This document shows, one piece after another, positions 52,130 to 64,000 of a stretch of DNA of 64,000 nucleotides. The stretch is taken from NCBI RefSeq assembly GCF_006345805.1, contig NC_043020.1, positions 19,902,001 through 19,966,000 on the forward strand, in the 5' to 3' direction. The notes under the pieces are model-generated. The model did not search any database. It was not told where the DNA came from and was given only the letters and a program-made list of their open reading frames with translations. Positions within the stretch are counted from its first letter, which is position 1. Each line of letters begins with the position of its first letter. A program made the position numbers and the translations under genes. This DNA is from Octopus sinensis (taxonomy: Eukaryota).

Positions 52130-52920
52130 GCTAATTTATGAGAACAAATATTTAAACCCCATGCTATGTTCTTTTCATGTTACCTTAAACATACACAGAC
52201 AAATACACTGCTTAAATTAGCAAGAATATTGTTCAAGTGTTCCGAATTTTAAAATTCGAAATAAAAAGAAAACAAGAAATTCTTGGAAAACAGTACCCAA
52301 CAATGTTAAGTGGTAAGAGAAGAGAACGCATAGAAGCAACAGATATTCAAGAATTACAAAGAGCAAAAAACAGTTTAAACACGCCTCATAATCTACTTTA
52401 CATCATATGATCCAAAGAAATACAAAAGCATTTTTTTAATTAAAAACAAGACCCAAACGCTCGAAATACATAAAATTAACAATACAAACACAACCAAAAT
52501 CCCTAAAACGGTTGTTTAACATTGCCAAATTACCCCTTAAAAACAACACTGATAGCCATAGAGTGTTCGTCCGAGAAACCCCATCAATCTTATTCACTTT
52601 CAGTTAGTACATATTTTCACTATAAAGAAAAACACCCATTCATCAAACGATTTAAGTTATGCGATTAAATTTAATGGGTGTAACAAAGATTATATAGGAC
52701 AAACTAAATTTACCTTAAGAGACTGCTTAACTATTCATCGGCAACAAATACGAGATTCTAATATTAGACAGATTCCACAAAGTGAATATTTACATTTATG
52801 TGCAACCAACAAATCACCAAAATTCAAAGTTTTCCCTTTGTTCTGACAAAGCCACAGATTAAATGAAACCAGATAAAGAAAATGTTCATTAAAAACGACA
52901 AACCACGACTGAATAAGCTA
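52130..52920 (+). mobile_element. Penelope-like element remnant (GIY-YIG)
   Basis: YAIKFNGCNKDYIGQTKFTLRDCLTIHRQQIRDSNIRQIPQSEYLHLC at about 52660-52805. Confidence 0.65.
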
Positions 52921-53229
52921 TAACATTTTCAACATATGCACTAACAATCAAATCAACAAGACATTACACTATTTTGTTCACATTCTCACTCACAGACAAC
53001 CATATACACACATACATACGGATATGTAACTCACTATCACAGGCATACAAACAGCCTATTTCTCTATTTTTAGCTATTCTGACAACCTGTTATATTATCA
53101 CATATTCACTGAACTTAACTCTGGCACAATTATCGTTCATAATTACATTCTCTAGTATATATAATTCACATAGTCAAACGCTCAAATTGTAACGTGTATT
53201 CCTTAAACAGAAGATTGGTTCTAAAATTT

Positions 53230-53690
53230 AAGTTTAATTTGAAGAAATTATATAATACATTTCAAAGAAAAGATTACGTTTAAAATTATTGTTCAGTAAA
53301 GCGTAACTTACAATGGAGCACTTCAAATCGTAGTAAATATTCCTGTCTTTCAAATCCCAAATGCATTTACTAAGATTCTTGGAATTACACCTAAATTTAC
53401 ATCAAGAAAAATGGTTATATAATCTATATTTCCAAATTGTATCAGAAAAACCTATGTACGATCCCCTGCAATAACCATACATTGATATACTAGATTCTTT
53501 CTTAAACACTGATTTTCTAAAAGACATATAAGGTTGTTTTTGAAATTACAAAGGCGTTTATTTAACCTACTTGGTTAAATTCATTTCTTTCGTCTATGAT
53601 TTCAAAAACAGGATTATTTCCACCAAAATACCTCAATTATTATTCATATATGCATTAGAGCTGGGACTACTATTACTACCATTATTTTTA
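53230..53690 (-). mobile_element. Penelope-like GIY-YIG remnant related to the 296-1460 family
   Basis: CLRKNLVYQCMV and, after a frameshift, NHFS*CKFRCNSKNLSKCIWDLKDRNIYYDLKCS. Confidence 0.5.
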
Positions 53691-53699
53691 TTTTTACCA

Positions 53700-54440
53700 T
53701 TAACACACCAAGAAGCTGATCAACAAGTTGAAGCACCTGCTGGAAGCAGACATGATGTGGCTCTTCTCCGACGAGAAGACTTTCTGCCAAGAGAAGATGA
53801 ACTCCCAGAACAACAGGTGGATCGCTGTCTCACGCAGTCATGCAGACGAAATTCCCAAAGACAATCATGGTCTTCGGTATCGTCATGCCACCCCATTTCT
53901 TCCCTGAGATCCTCAAGCTGCAAACCGATGGCTACATCCGCGTTCTGAGCGTGGTGAAAGCCTGGATCAACCGGGTAACTGCAGGGAGGTCGTACGTGTG
54001 GCAGTAGGACTCTGCACTTTGTCACACCAGCCAAAAGACTCAGGCCTATCTGTCAGAGAATTTCTTCTATCAAACAGCACCTGACATTTGGCCTCCCAAC
54101 TCGCCTGATGGCAACCCCCTTGACTTCTTTGTGTGGAGTGTGGTGGAACGAGAGACTAACAAAGCAGCTGCAACACAAAGGACAAGCTGAGGGCTAGGAT
54201 TATCAGGGCCTTCTGGGGTCTAAAACGTGAGATAGTGACGAAGGCCTGTGGCCTGTTCCAAGGTCGCCTGGAGCCTGTCATCGAAGACAACAGCAGGTTC
54301 ATTGAATGAGATCGACAGAATATGTCATGAAAACAAACTGACCCAAATTTGACGAATATATCTCCAAAAATAAACAAGCTTTTATTTTTCAAGAGATAGC
54401 CATCATGTGAACAAATTCTATCCGCATGTATGTATATACG
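53700..54440 (+). mobile_element. Tc1/mariner DD37D (maT) transposase remnant
   Basis: WLFSDEK ... WQ*D-SALCHTSQKTQAYLSENFFYQTAPDIWPPNSPDGNPL-DFFVW, with 37 residues counted between the last two Asp; stops and frameshifts present. Confidence 0.9.
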
Positions 54441-55582
54441 ATAGAGAAGTGTATTAAAGAGGTGGTTGATAAACTGATGTGCTGAATACATTGTGGTATT
54501 TAGTCCACATATGCAATTTCTTATTGTATCAGTTACAGATCTTTACAGTGTTCAAATCCCATCTTGGAGTCAATTTAATATTTCTCTAGAGCATCATGGA
54601 AGTGAATGGAGTTATAAGACTAAAACTAATGCTGATTTACCTAACATGACAGAGTCTGATGACTGAGATCAACATAATACAAGAGAATAGGAGACACCTT
54701 TTGAAGATGTGAATTCAGAAAACTGAAGGAAAACAATTTTAAGAAAAATAATTTCAAACAAATAATTTTTCAGATGCTTTTAATCAGTTAGTGTATAGAG
54801 AATCAGTTTATAAGATTAATTATATTAGTATGCCAAAGTTGAACGGGTTTTTTCATTTTCTATTTACAATGTCTTTCTGCCATCATAGATTCTGGTAAGT
54901 GATCATGTGACCCCTTATAACTTTCAATACAAACGAAAATGGAGTCACAATGATTTCAGCATCATTAACAAAAAGGGAGAAAAAAAGAAATCAAAACAGT
55001 CTTTGTGTCTTGAATTCATCATTCAAAAGTCAATAATTTGTGGTTGTGATGTTACATTGCAATCTACCCATCATGGTGTGTGTGTGTGAGTGTGTGTGTG
55101 GTGTGTGTGTGTGTGTGTGTGTGAGTGTGTGTGTGTGATCAGCTTGATTAACAACAGCAGCAATGTTGTCACACCATTTCTGACAGTAGTTTATATACAC
55201 AGCCTAAAATAGTTAGTCAGTCAGTTTAGGTAAGCTTTGTCTGACTGTTTTACAAAGCTTCTAAACAAGACCAAACGAAATATCAATACCATTGCTCTCT
55301 CTTCTTACACTGTATGAAATAAATTATAGTCATAGATGCAAATTAAACATTACAAACGTAAAATAATAAGTCAGCTATTTTACAACACAATGAGAAGTTT
55401 AAAAGAAAACTCAAATAATAAAAATAATAATAATAATAATGAATTCATATTCAAGCATGAAGCCCTAACACAAGCACAGTCAAGTATCTTGCTGAGGGGC
55501 AATATGTAACACCTGTAAAGAGATCTGCAAGCCAAAAATGGTTGATATCTTGTCCACTTTGTAATTGATTAAACTCAACAAA

Positions 55583-55621
<39 letters not shown>

Positions 55622-56754
55622 CACAGCAAAGATTTTACTTTTCTTTTACAAACGTGACATAAAACCCAAAACATTTTCTTGAATTTAAGAAAATAAAAAA
55701 ATATTTGAAATTTTCACAAAATTTAATTTTTTCATTCTACTCTGAATCCTCCCCCATCAAGTACATGCCTTAAAAAAGTACAAAAAAAAATAAATACGAC
55801 TAAAAGAAATGCTAATTCAGCAGCAAAATTCAGATGGAAATATTTTTGGTGGGGAAAAAAACTGTAGAGAAGAAGAGTCCATTGAAGTCTGGTCATATAA
55901 CCTGAACAATATTAAAATAAGGTAAAACAAATAAAAGGGTTATAATCTTCTGCCTTAATAAGGAGGTGGTGGTGGTGGTGTAGACTGTGAGTATGTTTGT
56001 GTGTTTTAATGAGTTGTGTATACAGGTATATTGTTAAGTCTTTAGAGAGAGGAGCTAGTTTATGTATAATAAACTATATATAGTATGTATGTGTGCTACT
56101 ATGAAATTGTTAAATCTCTAAGGAAAATAAAAGAGAAACATTATAAAAGACAGCATTATGTAGAAAGGTTTGGTGAAAAGCAGAAGTCACTTCAGAGAAA
56201 AAGAACAGAGAAGTACAATTTTGAGTTTATATTTTAAAATGTACAAACATATTGTGTGTATATGTAAATGCTGTGCATGCATGTATGCTTTTGAAATGTG
56301 TGTGTGTGCGCGTGTGTGTATTTCTTCCACTTTCAGTTTTCTCTAGTCGACTCGCTACTTCAAATTTCACCTTCATTTCCCAATATGAAAATTTCTTGAT
56401 TACATCACATTTTTAAAGAAAAAAAAAAGCAAATGTAATAAACTTTTTTGTACCTTTTACATTTTTTAAATAAACTCTTTCTTTTAAATATTTAATATTG
56501 TATTTACTCATTCATTTTTTTTTACTGTCATGTCTTTCTATATTTTTTTTGGTCTGGTTTGGTTTTTTTCCTCCCCTGCCCCTTAACACAATACTGTTTG
56601 CAAATAGCACCTTGTCTTCCAGAAAGGCTCATTGAATCATTGGTTGTATTGAACCTGAAATCTTTGCTGCTAAAATTAGCAATGAAATCTGCACTTCTAA
56701 AGCAGTTACACATCCAGAATTCCTAAAGTACATGGTGAAGAGTGATGACCTACT

Positions 56755-56814
56755 TCACTGTGCAGTGGAATAGACAGATACCAAAGAGTCAGTGCATCCC
56801 GCCGCAAGTTTGAC
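56755..56814 (-). CDS. RPTOR: Raptor, terminal coding exon
   Basis: Acceptor ttctgtgtgttttcag|GTC; VKLAAGCTDSLVSVYSTAQ-stop (TGA 56757-56755), corresponding to the Raptor C-terminus HLAVGSNDYYISVYS. No further upstream Raptor exon was found in 61407-64000, so the gene continues beyond the window. Confidence 0.9.
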   Translation of the reverse strand, partial: VKLAAGCTDSLVSVYSTAQ

Positions 56815-57041
56815 CTGAAAACACACAGAAATAAAACATAAATTAAATGTCAAAATACCTGAGAGGAATTTCAATCTTTTATCTTTAACTTGTTTCAGTC
56901 ATTAGACTGTGGCCTTGCTGGAGCACCACATTGAAGGGTTTTGCCTAACAAATCCATCTAGTGCTTAATTTTTTTTTTCAAGCCTGATACTTATTCCTGG
57001 ATCTCTTTAGTTTTGCTCACAGATAAAAAAATTTTCTTTTT

Positions 57042-57833
57042 AACAGTTTGAAACTTCATATACTGGTGTAATTTCTCTGAACATGGTTGTTTTTCATTGA
57101 ACATGGTTTACTTTCAACATTTTTAACAGAATTTCGTATTTTAGAAGTTATTTCATGTTAAAGTTGTCATATTTGGGTAATTGTAACCAACCAATCAACA
57201 ATGTGTATTCAGCTGAAGAAAGTTACTGCTGTTTGTGATAGTAATCGAAGAGGAACAACTTCTGGGTCATCTCTACTAAATGTCACCATTCTGTTCTATT
57301 TTATTTGTTTACTATTGCCTGTGTTGCATATTAAATGCTTTGTTTTCTTTTCTTTTTTTTTGCTTTTTGATTGCCACTTTGTACAAGTGGTGAAAATGCA
57401 AATGTACAAAGAGGTGATTGAAAAGCAAACAAAGCATGTAGTATGCAACACAGGCAGTAAACAAAAATAAAATATAGCAGATTGATGAAAATAATCACAA
57501 AATTAACACAGGCAAATGTACAAAGAGGCGACTGAAAAGAAAAAAAAAAAAAAAAGCGTATAATATGCAACACAGGCAATAGTAAACAAATAAAATAGAA
57601 CAGAATGGTGACATTTAGTAGAGATGACCCAGAAGTTGTTCCTCTTCGATTACTATCACAAACAGTAGTAGCTTTCTTCAGCTGAATACACATTGTTGAT
57701 TGGTTAAAATTACCCAAATGTGACAACTTTAACATGAAATAACTACTAAAATACAAAATTTTGTCAAAAATGCTGAAAGTAAACCATGTTCAGCATGAGA
57801 TATTACACCAGTATACGAAATTTTAAACTGTTT
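57042..57833. repeat. Long inverted repeat (foldback/MITE-like) in the last Raptor intron
   Basis: Arms about 57042-57385 and 57516-57833; core 57191-57333 has 2 mismatches in 143 bp against the reverse complement of the right arm; a third partial arm copy lies at 57400-57481. Confidence 0.92.
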
Positions 57834-58049
57834 AATTAGAAAAAATTAATAAAAAAATCTGTGAACGAAACTGAAGAGATCCTTATTCCCTTGGTCTGAT
57901 TTGCTGAACCACTATGTTATGGAGATGTAAATAGTTGTGAAGCAGCGATGGAGGATAAACACAAACACAGGTATATATATATATAATAGGCTTCTTTCAG
58001 TTTCCCTCTATCAAATCCACTCACAAAGCTTTGGTTGGCCCAGTGAAAA

Positions 58050-58700
58050 ATAAACCTCTGTACTTGGCATCTGTTGACATGGAGAAAGCATTTGACAGGG
58101 TCCCTCACTCCCTCATCTGGTGGACGGTGTGGAAGCTAGGAGTAGATAAGTGATTGGTGAGAGCCATCCAAGCCTTGTGCAGGGATGCTGTCAATATAGA
58201 GGAAGTTGGTAATGAATATAGCAACGAATTTAGTGTGCAGATAGGAGTTCAACATGGACAGATTCTCAGGCCCCTTTAGTTTATCATAGTCCTCCAAACC
58301 ATAACAGAGGAATTCAAGATTAGTTGCCCTTGGGAATGACACTGTCCTTACAGTTGAATCTCTACAAGAATTAGAGAAGAAATTTCAGGTGTGGAAGCAA
58401 GGACTGTGAAAAAAGAGCCTTAGAGTTAATTTATCAAAGACCAAAGTACTATTAAGTAGGAAAGCAGACAAATTACTAATACCTTCAGAGAAATTGCCCT
58501 GCTTGATGTGAAGAAAAGGTATAGGTAGAAATTCCATGTGATGTACCCAGTGCAAACTATAGATACATAAGAGGTGCAGTGGAATCACTGGAAGGTTAAA
58601 AGAGGAAGTAGTCTTTATGTTTGGCAGATGTCCAGAAACTATAAACATTTAGAATGTACAGGAAATAGACTTCCTCAGATATCCAGTGGGGATCCTTAGA
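58050..58700 (+). mobile_element. RTE-like LINE RT fragment in the last Raptor intron
   Basis: KPLYLASVDMEKAFDRVP..LIWW..WKLGV; GVQHG; FIIVLQTITEEFK..CPWE. Confidence 0.75.
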
Positions 58701-59139
58701 AGTAATAATTTCCATTGCCTAGGTGACTCCCACAACACCCCACTCATGACCACTACCCAATACAAGTCCCTTCCACTCTCCATATGCCTATCCACACATA
58801 ATCACAATGCCTTCACATATCTACCACAGAGCCCTGATCCACTATTTCTTTCACCATCATCTCTGCCTCATCTCTAACCATCTCTCCTCGCCTCCCTCTA
58901 TCCCCCACCAGTCCACTTACCCTATCCAATCTTCTGTACCATATATATTAAACCCCAACCCCTCTATACATCGTCAGTATGCCCCAACACATCTTACCAT
59001 CATCTATATCTCTCTCTCACTTAGTCTGCCTATCTTTCTCTCCTTTTCCAACTAGGGGAGCCGAATATCTCCTTTATAGCAAAACACCTATTTCTATCCC
59101 TCTGTTATACTTTAACCTCTCAACTGACACAAAGGCACC

Positions 59140-59400
59140 TCCCTCAATACTACTCTCCCTCCCAGTCAGGGATACTGTCTTGTAAGTTACTTAGCAACCT
59201 CTTCTGGTGCTGGTGCCATGTAAAAAGTACCCATTACACTATGAAATGGTTGGCATTAGGAAGGGCATCCAGTCACAGAAACCTTACCAATGCAGACAGT
59301 AGAGCCTGGAGCAGTCCTCTGGTTTGCCAGCTCCTGTCAAACCATCTAACCCATGCCAGCATGGCTAATGGGTGTTAAATGATGATGATGATGATGATGA
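59140..59400 (-). mobile_element. Interspersed repeat family C (second copy on + at 62915-63115)
   Basis: (CAT)n-TTTAACA...CCATGCTGGCATGGGTT...GGATGCCCTTCCTAATGCCAACC shared between the two copies. Confidence 0.75.
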
Positions 59401-59628
59401 TGGACTTCACAACTTCCATCAACCAAATTTCACTCACAAGTCACTGGTCAACCCAAGGCTAAAGAAGAGACACTTGTTCAAGGTACCACACTGAACTTCT
59501 TAACCACATGGCCATGCCTGTGCCTATTCCGCACAGTTTAGAAGACCTTTACATATATAGGAGACACCATACACTTGGAAATCAGGCGGCACTATATTTT
59601 ACACAACAAGCTTCATCAATGTACTAAC

Positions 59629-59755
59629 CTTGTATGGGTGGAAAGTCAAACATCGGACCGGTCCGATTCTCTGGCCGAGAAAGCCCTCGTGATTTTTTAT
59701 AACACTGCGCTGTTCTCCAGCATGGTTGAAGATCACTATTGCTTGGTTGGAACCA
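59629..59755 (-). CDS. RPTOR: Raptor, penultimate coding exon (WD40)
   Basis: Acceptor tttttattttgtcattgcag|T; (S)GSNQAIVIFNHAGEQRSVIKNHEGFLGQRIGPVRCLTFHPYK; donor AAG|GTTAGT. The Raptor hallmark xDGFMGQRxGxxxCLxFHP is present and phases match both neighbours. Confidence 0.94.
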
Positions 59756-60129
59756 CTGCAATGACAAAATAAAAAGATGGTTGATAAATATCTGATCTAC
59801 AAAAATAATTGAGTCTTGGTGTTGAGTCCAAGCTACTCGTAATTAAGTTAAAATAATCCAGTATTCAAATAATTCAAAGTTTTGATCAACATCAGTGTAG
59901 TAAATTCTGAAGGCAATTTAAGAGCAAGAAAAAAACAAAAGTCAAAAAAGCAACAGCAAAATATCAATGTATTTTGCTGAGAAGACATATAAATATGGTG
60001 GACAATGTCTTTTGTCAAGACAGAGAAAAGGAAAAGAATTAGCTAGAGAGCAAAATATTTGTGTATGTTGTGACAGAAATGAACATGGGTAAGTGGTCTC
60101 TGGCAGAGGAGAGTGTACTGAGTAAGGTA

Positions 60130-61000
60130 GTAGCAATTTAGTCTAATATTATTGTAATAGTGTATGAGCTAGCATATATTTCACTGACATCATGAAACAA
60201 ATACATGAGCAGATCTGTGGGAAAAGACGTGTATGTAGCAAGTAAAAGTGGTTTGGAGTGTAAAAATACATGTGAAGTGGGTGGGTGGAAGAAAGTGAAT
60301 GTGTAGACGTTTATTAGTGTAGGAGAAGTGGGTAGCAGAAAGCTAACTGATTATTGCTACCATCAGTGACAAGGGAAGTGGATTGGAACCATACAATTTA
60401 GTAGTGTTCTGGACAAGGGGCATGAGAAGGATCTGGATATGAAAATGGAAAGTGAAGTTAACTGTGGGCCAGAAGATCACCTGCTGTGGCAATCATACCT
60501 GAAGGAGGGGAAATGATGTTCATGAAAGCTGATGGAAATGGCTGGATTGGATTGAAGGAAACAAAAGTTGTGCAAGATGGTGCATTGGAAACATGAAGAG
60601 ACAGGATGAAAGGTGAAGAGGAAAGGAATGCAGTCAGCAGTGGAACTGGTATGAGGTAAAGAGGGTCAAAGTGTCGTCAGATCAAAGTAAGATACAACGA
60701 TGAGCTGCATCAACAGCAGCTTGAAGGTAACTACAATGGAGTAAAAAGTGAACTATATGGTAAGACTTAATCTTGATGTCAAAAGAATTTGCTCTATCTA
60801 AGGTGGAGATATTGTGAGCAGGGGATAACTTCTTTAGTGTGAATGGGTTGGGATGAGGAGGAATCAAGGTAAGGGTCAGTAGGTTTGTAAAAGAAGAGGA
60901 GGTTGGAGTAATAATTTGAAATGGCAATGACAGTTAAAAGGAGATGGTAGTGACACAACCATAAAGCTCTGGGCTAGGGCAGTTGAAATGGTGACGATCT
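60130..61000 (-). mobile_element. Old Penelope-like remnant in a Raptor intron
   Basis: IPFLFTFHPVSSCFQCTILHNFCFLQSNPAISISF resembles the Penelope/Poseidon linker (IPLVLTYHP...I..NF..LQ.DP....IF). Confidence 0.5.
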
Positions 61001-61289
61001 TGGACTCAAAGAAACAACAGGTAGGCATAGTTAGGACCTGCCCTAGCACCAATGTCCAGTATCTTACTGTATGATTTCCTGGGCAACAGAAGAGGAAAAA
61101 CAAGTTCAGTGAACTGGGAAAAGAGTAGAAATGTTGTATCTGAGTTGGTGCAACAAAACAAGAAGAAATTGGAAGGTCATATATTTAAATATTTATTTAT
61201 ATGCAAAAATATCAGTTAAAAAGTATTGTGTGTTAACATCTTAAATAGCTCAACTTGAAGAAGAAAAAGAAGGAAGAAAACTCAGTTAC

Positions 61290-61406
61290 CTAGCAATCAC
61301 ATCAGCATATTGATGTAACTCAATTGCAGTCAAACCTTGTTGCAGCTGAAACTTCCGAACTGATTCCGGATGTCGAATGTCCCAAAATCGTATGTCACCA
61401 GCAGAA
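61290..61406 (-). CDS. RPTOR: Raptor (regulatory-associated protein of mTOR), antepenultimate coding exon (WD40)
   Basis: Acceptor ctgttttttgttacag|T; SAGDIRFWDIRHPESVRKFQLQQGLTAIELHQYADVIA; donor AG|GTAACT. Resembles Raptor SVNGDVRIFDPRMPESVNVLQIVKGLTALDIHPQADLIA. Confidence 0.9.
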
Positions 61407-61749
61407 CTGTAACAAAAAACAGGATTGATAAAAGCCTTCCAATTTCTATTTTATTTAATATAATACAAGATTCCTCCACTTTACAAGAGTAATATGTCCC
61501 TGAAAATCTTGCTGTAACTCAAATACCATAACATGAAATTAATTTCCCGTTAATTTTAATGCTATGATAGAGATTTTTGAAAAAGCAGAAGAAAAAAGTA
61601 ACATGACCACTTTTATGCATGAAAATAATTTCTAAACATACACAGTATAATATACATCCATAAAAACATTTGAAGTGAAATCTGTAAGGAGATAAAACTT
61701 ATAGTAGTAGGGTATGTGTTCACCATAACAGATGTTGATTATTTTGTGA

Positions 61750-62500
61750 GGGGTGATGAGGAAATGAAAGTTACTGGAAGGATGAGGGACATTATTTTCT
61801 TATAGTTCATTAATAATATCTACTACTTGAATGATAAAGAAAATTGTTTGATATTTATGGCACAACATTACTTTGTACAGCTCAGTATCGGAACTGAGTT
61901 CATTGTAAACTACTCTTGTAACCTTTGTGTTACATTCACAATTAGAATTGTTATCAGCAAAATTTGCAAGTTTTTGCTCTATAAGTGCCAACCCTTTAGC
62001 AATATTTATTCTTTGCAATCAATTTAAGCAGAGTTGTTACAATTTCTGTACTCTCAGCTTCTTATTAGATAAACTTCCTCCATGGCAACTCAACTACATC
62101 ATCCTCTATGACTTCTTCTATGACGTCATTTGTAAGTGTACACTTCCTGCTTGTGGAAAATTTATAAAGTCACAGATACAGTCTGGCTATATATTTTTGA
62201 GATCCATGCACCCAAGAGCTGTCCATTTTAAGCACCACATTAGCTCTATAAAAAGAAAAAGGTCTGATCAGTCGATGGGGTTACTTGATTTAATTTTCTC
62301 TCTACTCTCATATATTGTTCTCACTGTAGACATTGCAAGCTTTAAAGGTTTGGCACTGCAGTTAACTTTTTTGCCTGCATCAAATCTTTTTAAAGCATCA
62401 AGTTTAACATCCAGTGGAATGCTTTTATGGTTTCCTTTTACACTACTTACTCCCAGATTTCTTGAATTGTAGGTAAATCCAACAGTAGCCAGTGATCAAC
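61750..62500 (-). mobile_element. Tigger/pogo-like transposase remnant (internally deleted)
   Basis: KSIPLDVKLDALKRFDAGKKV...LKLAMSTVRTIYESREKIK (psq/CENP-B-type HTH) and GLALIEQKLANFADN...TKVTRVVYNEL (Tigger-like C-terminus). Confidence 0.6.
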
Positions 62501-63651
62501 AACTATACACAATAATTATGTAGTAGAAAGAACAGCTTTGTGAGAGTAAAACATTACTTGTCTGATTCCTATGAGTGTAAGAATGGAAATAAGAAGATGA
62601 AAGGATGACGGAGTGAAGTGAGAAAAAGTACTGATTACAGTTAACACACTATGTTGACATTTAACATATACAGCTGTATATTATGCTGATATTATAATTG
62701 TTGCCAATCAGTTATTCAAAAGTTAGTAGGTTGGTTGTATTGGTTTTTAAAGTATTGATGATGGGGGTGGAGCTATTGCATGTGGTGGCAGTGAACATAT
62801 TGTTCATGTTAATTGTATAGGTATTGGAATAGTTTTAAACCAATTCTAAATGAGCAAAGATCAAAGACATTTCATTCAACACTTAAAATGCACTACAGTA
62901 CCACGTTATCTCATGTGATTCATCATCATCATCATCATCGTGATTTAACATCCATTTTCCATGCTGGCATGGGTTGAACAATTTGACAAATGCTGACAAG
63001 CTGGAGAGCTGCATCAGGCTCCAATTGTCTATCTTGGCAAGATTTCTATCGCTTGATGCCCTTCCTAATGCCAACCACTTTACTGAGTGTACTGGATGCT
63101 TTTACATTACACAGCAAGGGTGTTTTTTTTTAATCTAAAATGAAGATGCTTATCTTGTTATTATTAGTGGTCATTAAGGAATTGCTGTATTGGTAATGGC
63201 AGTGGTTGTACTGGCTTTGGTATTGATGCTGGTTGTGATAGTGATGATAGATAGAAGTAGTAGAGGTAGTGATGGTGTATGTGTGCTTATGTAGATATAT
63301 GAATAGACAGTTACTCATTATGACCTAAGAAAATATACATAAAAAAAATTCAGTGAAAAATTTCATCCCACACTCCATATCTAAAGTGATGTGTGTGTGT
63401 GTGTGTGCACAAGTTGTGATTATAGGTTGTTTTTCAAATTAACTACTTTGATCCTTAGCTAAATCAGCAAGAAGTGATCTTTTTCTGAAGAAATGTAGTT
63501 TTTAGAGTCTCAAAATTTATCCAAGTTTTCATAAGATTGAAATTAGAGACCATATCCTGAAATTAGGAGTCATACTTTACAATTTACATAAGCACAAAAT
63601 CACATAACCTCAGGTAGCCATAATGCAGGGGATACCTGGACCCACTCACTG

Positions 63652-63965
63652 AAGGCACGTGGCTTAGTGGTCAGGATATTCAGCTCACAATCGTATGGTC
63701 GTGAGTTCAATTCCTGGCAGCATGTTGTACCCTTGAGTAAGACACTTTATTTTACATTGCTCCACTCCACTCAGCCGGCAAAAATGAGTTTTATCTGTAA
63801 TACAAAGGGCCAGCCTTGTCACATTCTATGACACACTGAATCTCCTTGAGGACTATGTTAAGGGTACAGGTGTCTGTGGAATGCTCAGCCACTTGTAGGT
63901 TAATTTCACAGACAGTTCAGTTGATCAGATCAACTGGAGCTCCCATTGTCGTAACTGACAGAATG
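63652..63965 (+). mobile_element. tRNA-derived SINE family D
   Basis: TGGCTTAGTGG (A box), GAGTTCAATTCC (B box), CORE-like CCTTGAGTAAGACACTTTA. Confidence 0.7.
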
Positions 63966-64000
63966 TAAGTTATTTAAACCTGTATCCACTACATGGTAGT

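Noticed and set aside
55780-55901. Acceptor-like ttattttaatattgttcag|G below the Raptor stop (possible extra exon)
   Set aside because: No Raptor-like translation, no convincing upstream donor in the 3' UTR, and spliced to the penultimate exon it would give only VI-stop.
63652-63725. tRNA gene-like sequence
   Set aside because: A and B boxes are present but there is no proper cloverleaf, and it continues into a SINE body; the same applies to the family A and B heads.
1-64000. CRISPR arrays, rRNA genes, prokaryotic or viral inserts
   Set aside because: No regularly spaced repeat-spacer array, rRNA-like segment or gene-dense foreign block was seen; the content is eukaryotic and intron-containing.

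Overview
AT-rich, microsatellite- and transposon-dense animal genomic DNA. The SINE/LINE landscape looks like an octopod cephalopod (inference; no database search was possible). There is one 100-N scaffold gap at 50824-50923. Two host genes are supported, both on the minus strand. (1) A complete three-exon DMRT2/Dmrt11E-class DM-domain transcription factor: CDS 31019-30388, 25894-25758 and 22648-21303, giving 2115 nt / 704 aa, with all splice sites GT-AG and phases compatible. It also carries a DMA-like domain, poly-Ser and poly-Gln tracts and a C-terminal eh1-like motif. (2) The last three coding exons of Raptor (RPTOR): 61406-61290, 59755-59629 and 56814-56755. The rest is decayed mobile DNA: several tRNA-derived SINE families, RTE, L1/Tx1-like and RLE-type LINE fragments, at least five Penelope-like GIY-YIG pieces, mariner/maT, Tigger and hAT remnants, and simple repeats. 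The most unusual observation is a diverged duplicate of the 3' half of the DM-domain exon inside Dmrt2 intron 1. It is bounded by a candidate acceptor and donor and would add an in-frame stop straight after the DM domain (possible poison or alternative exon). Also notable are two hammerhead-ribozyme-like motifs, a long near-perfect inverted repeat in the last Raptor intron, and an uninterrupted 335-codon endonuclease-only Penelope ORF. Most six-frame ORFs supplied are microsatellite artefacts.
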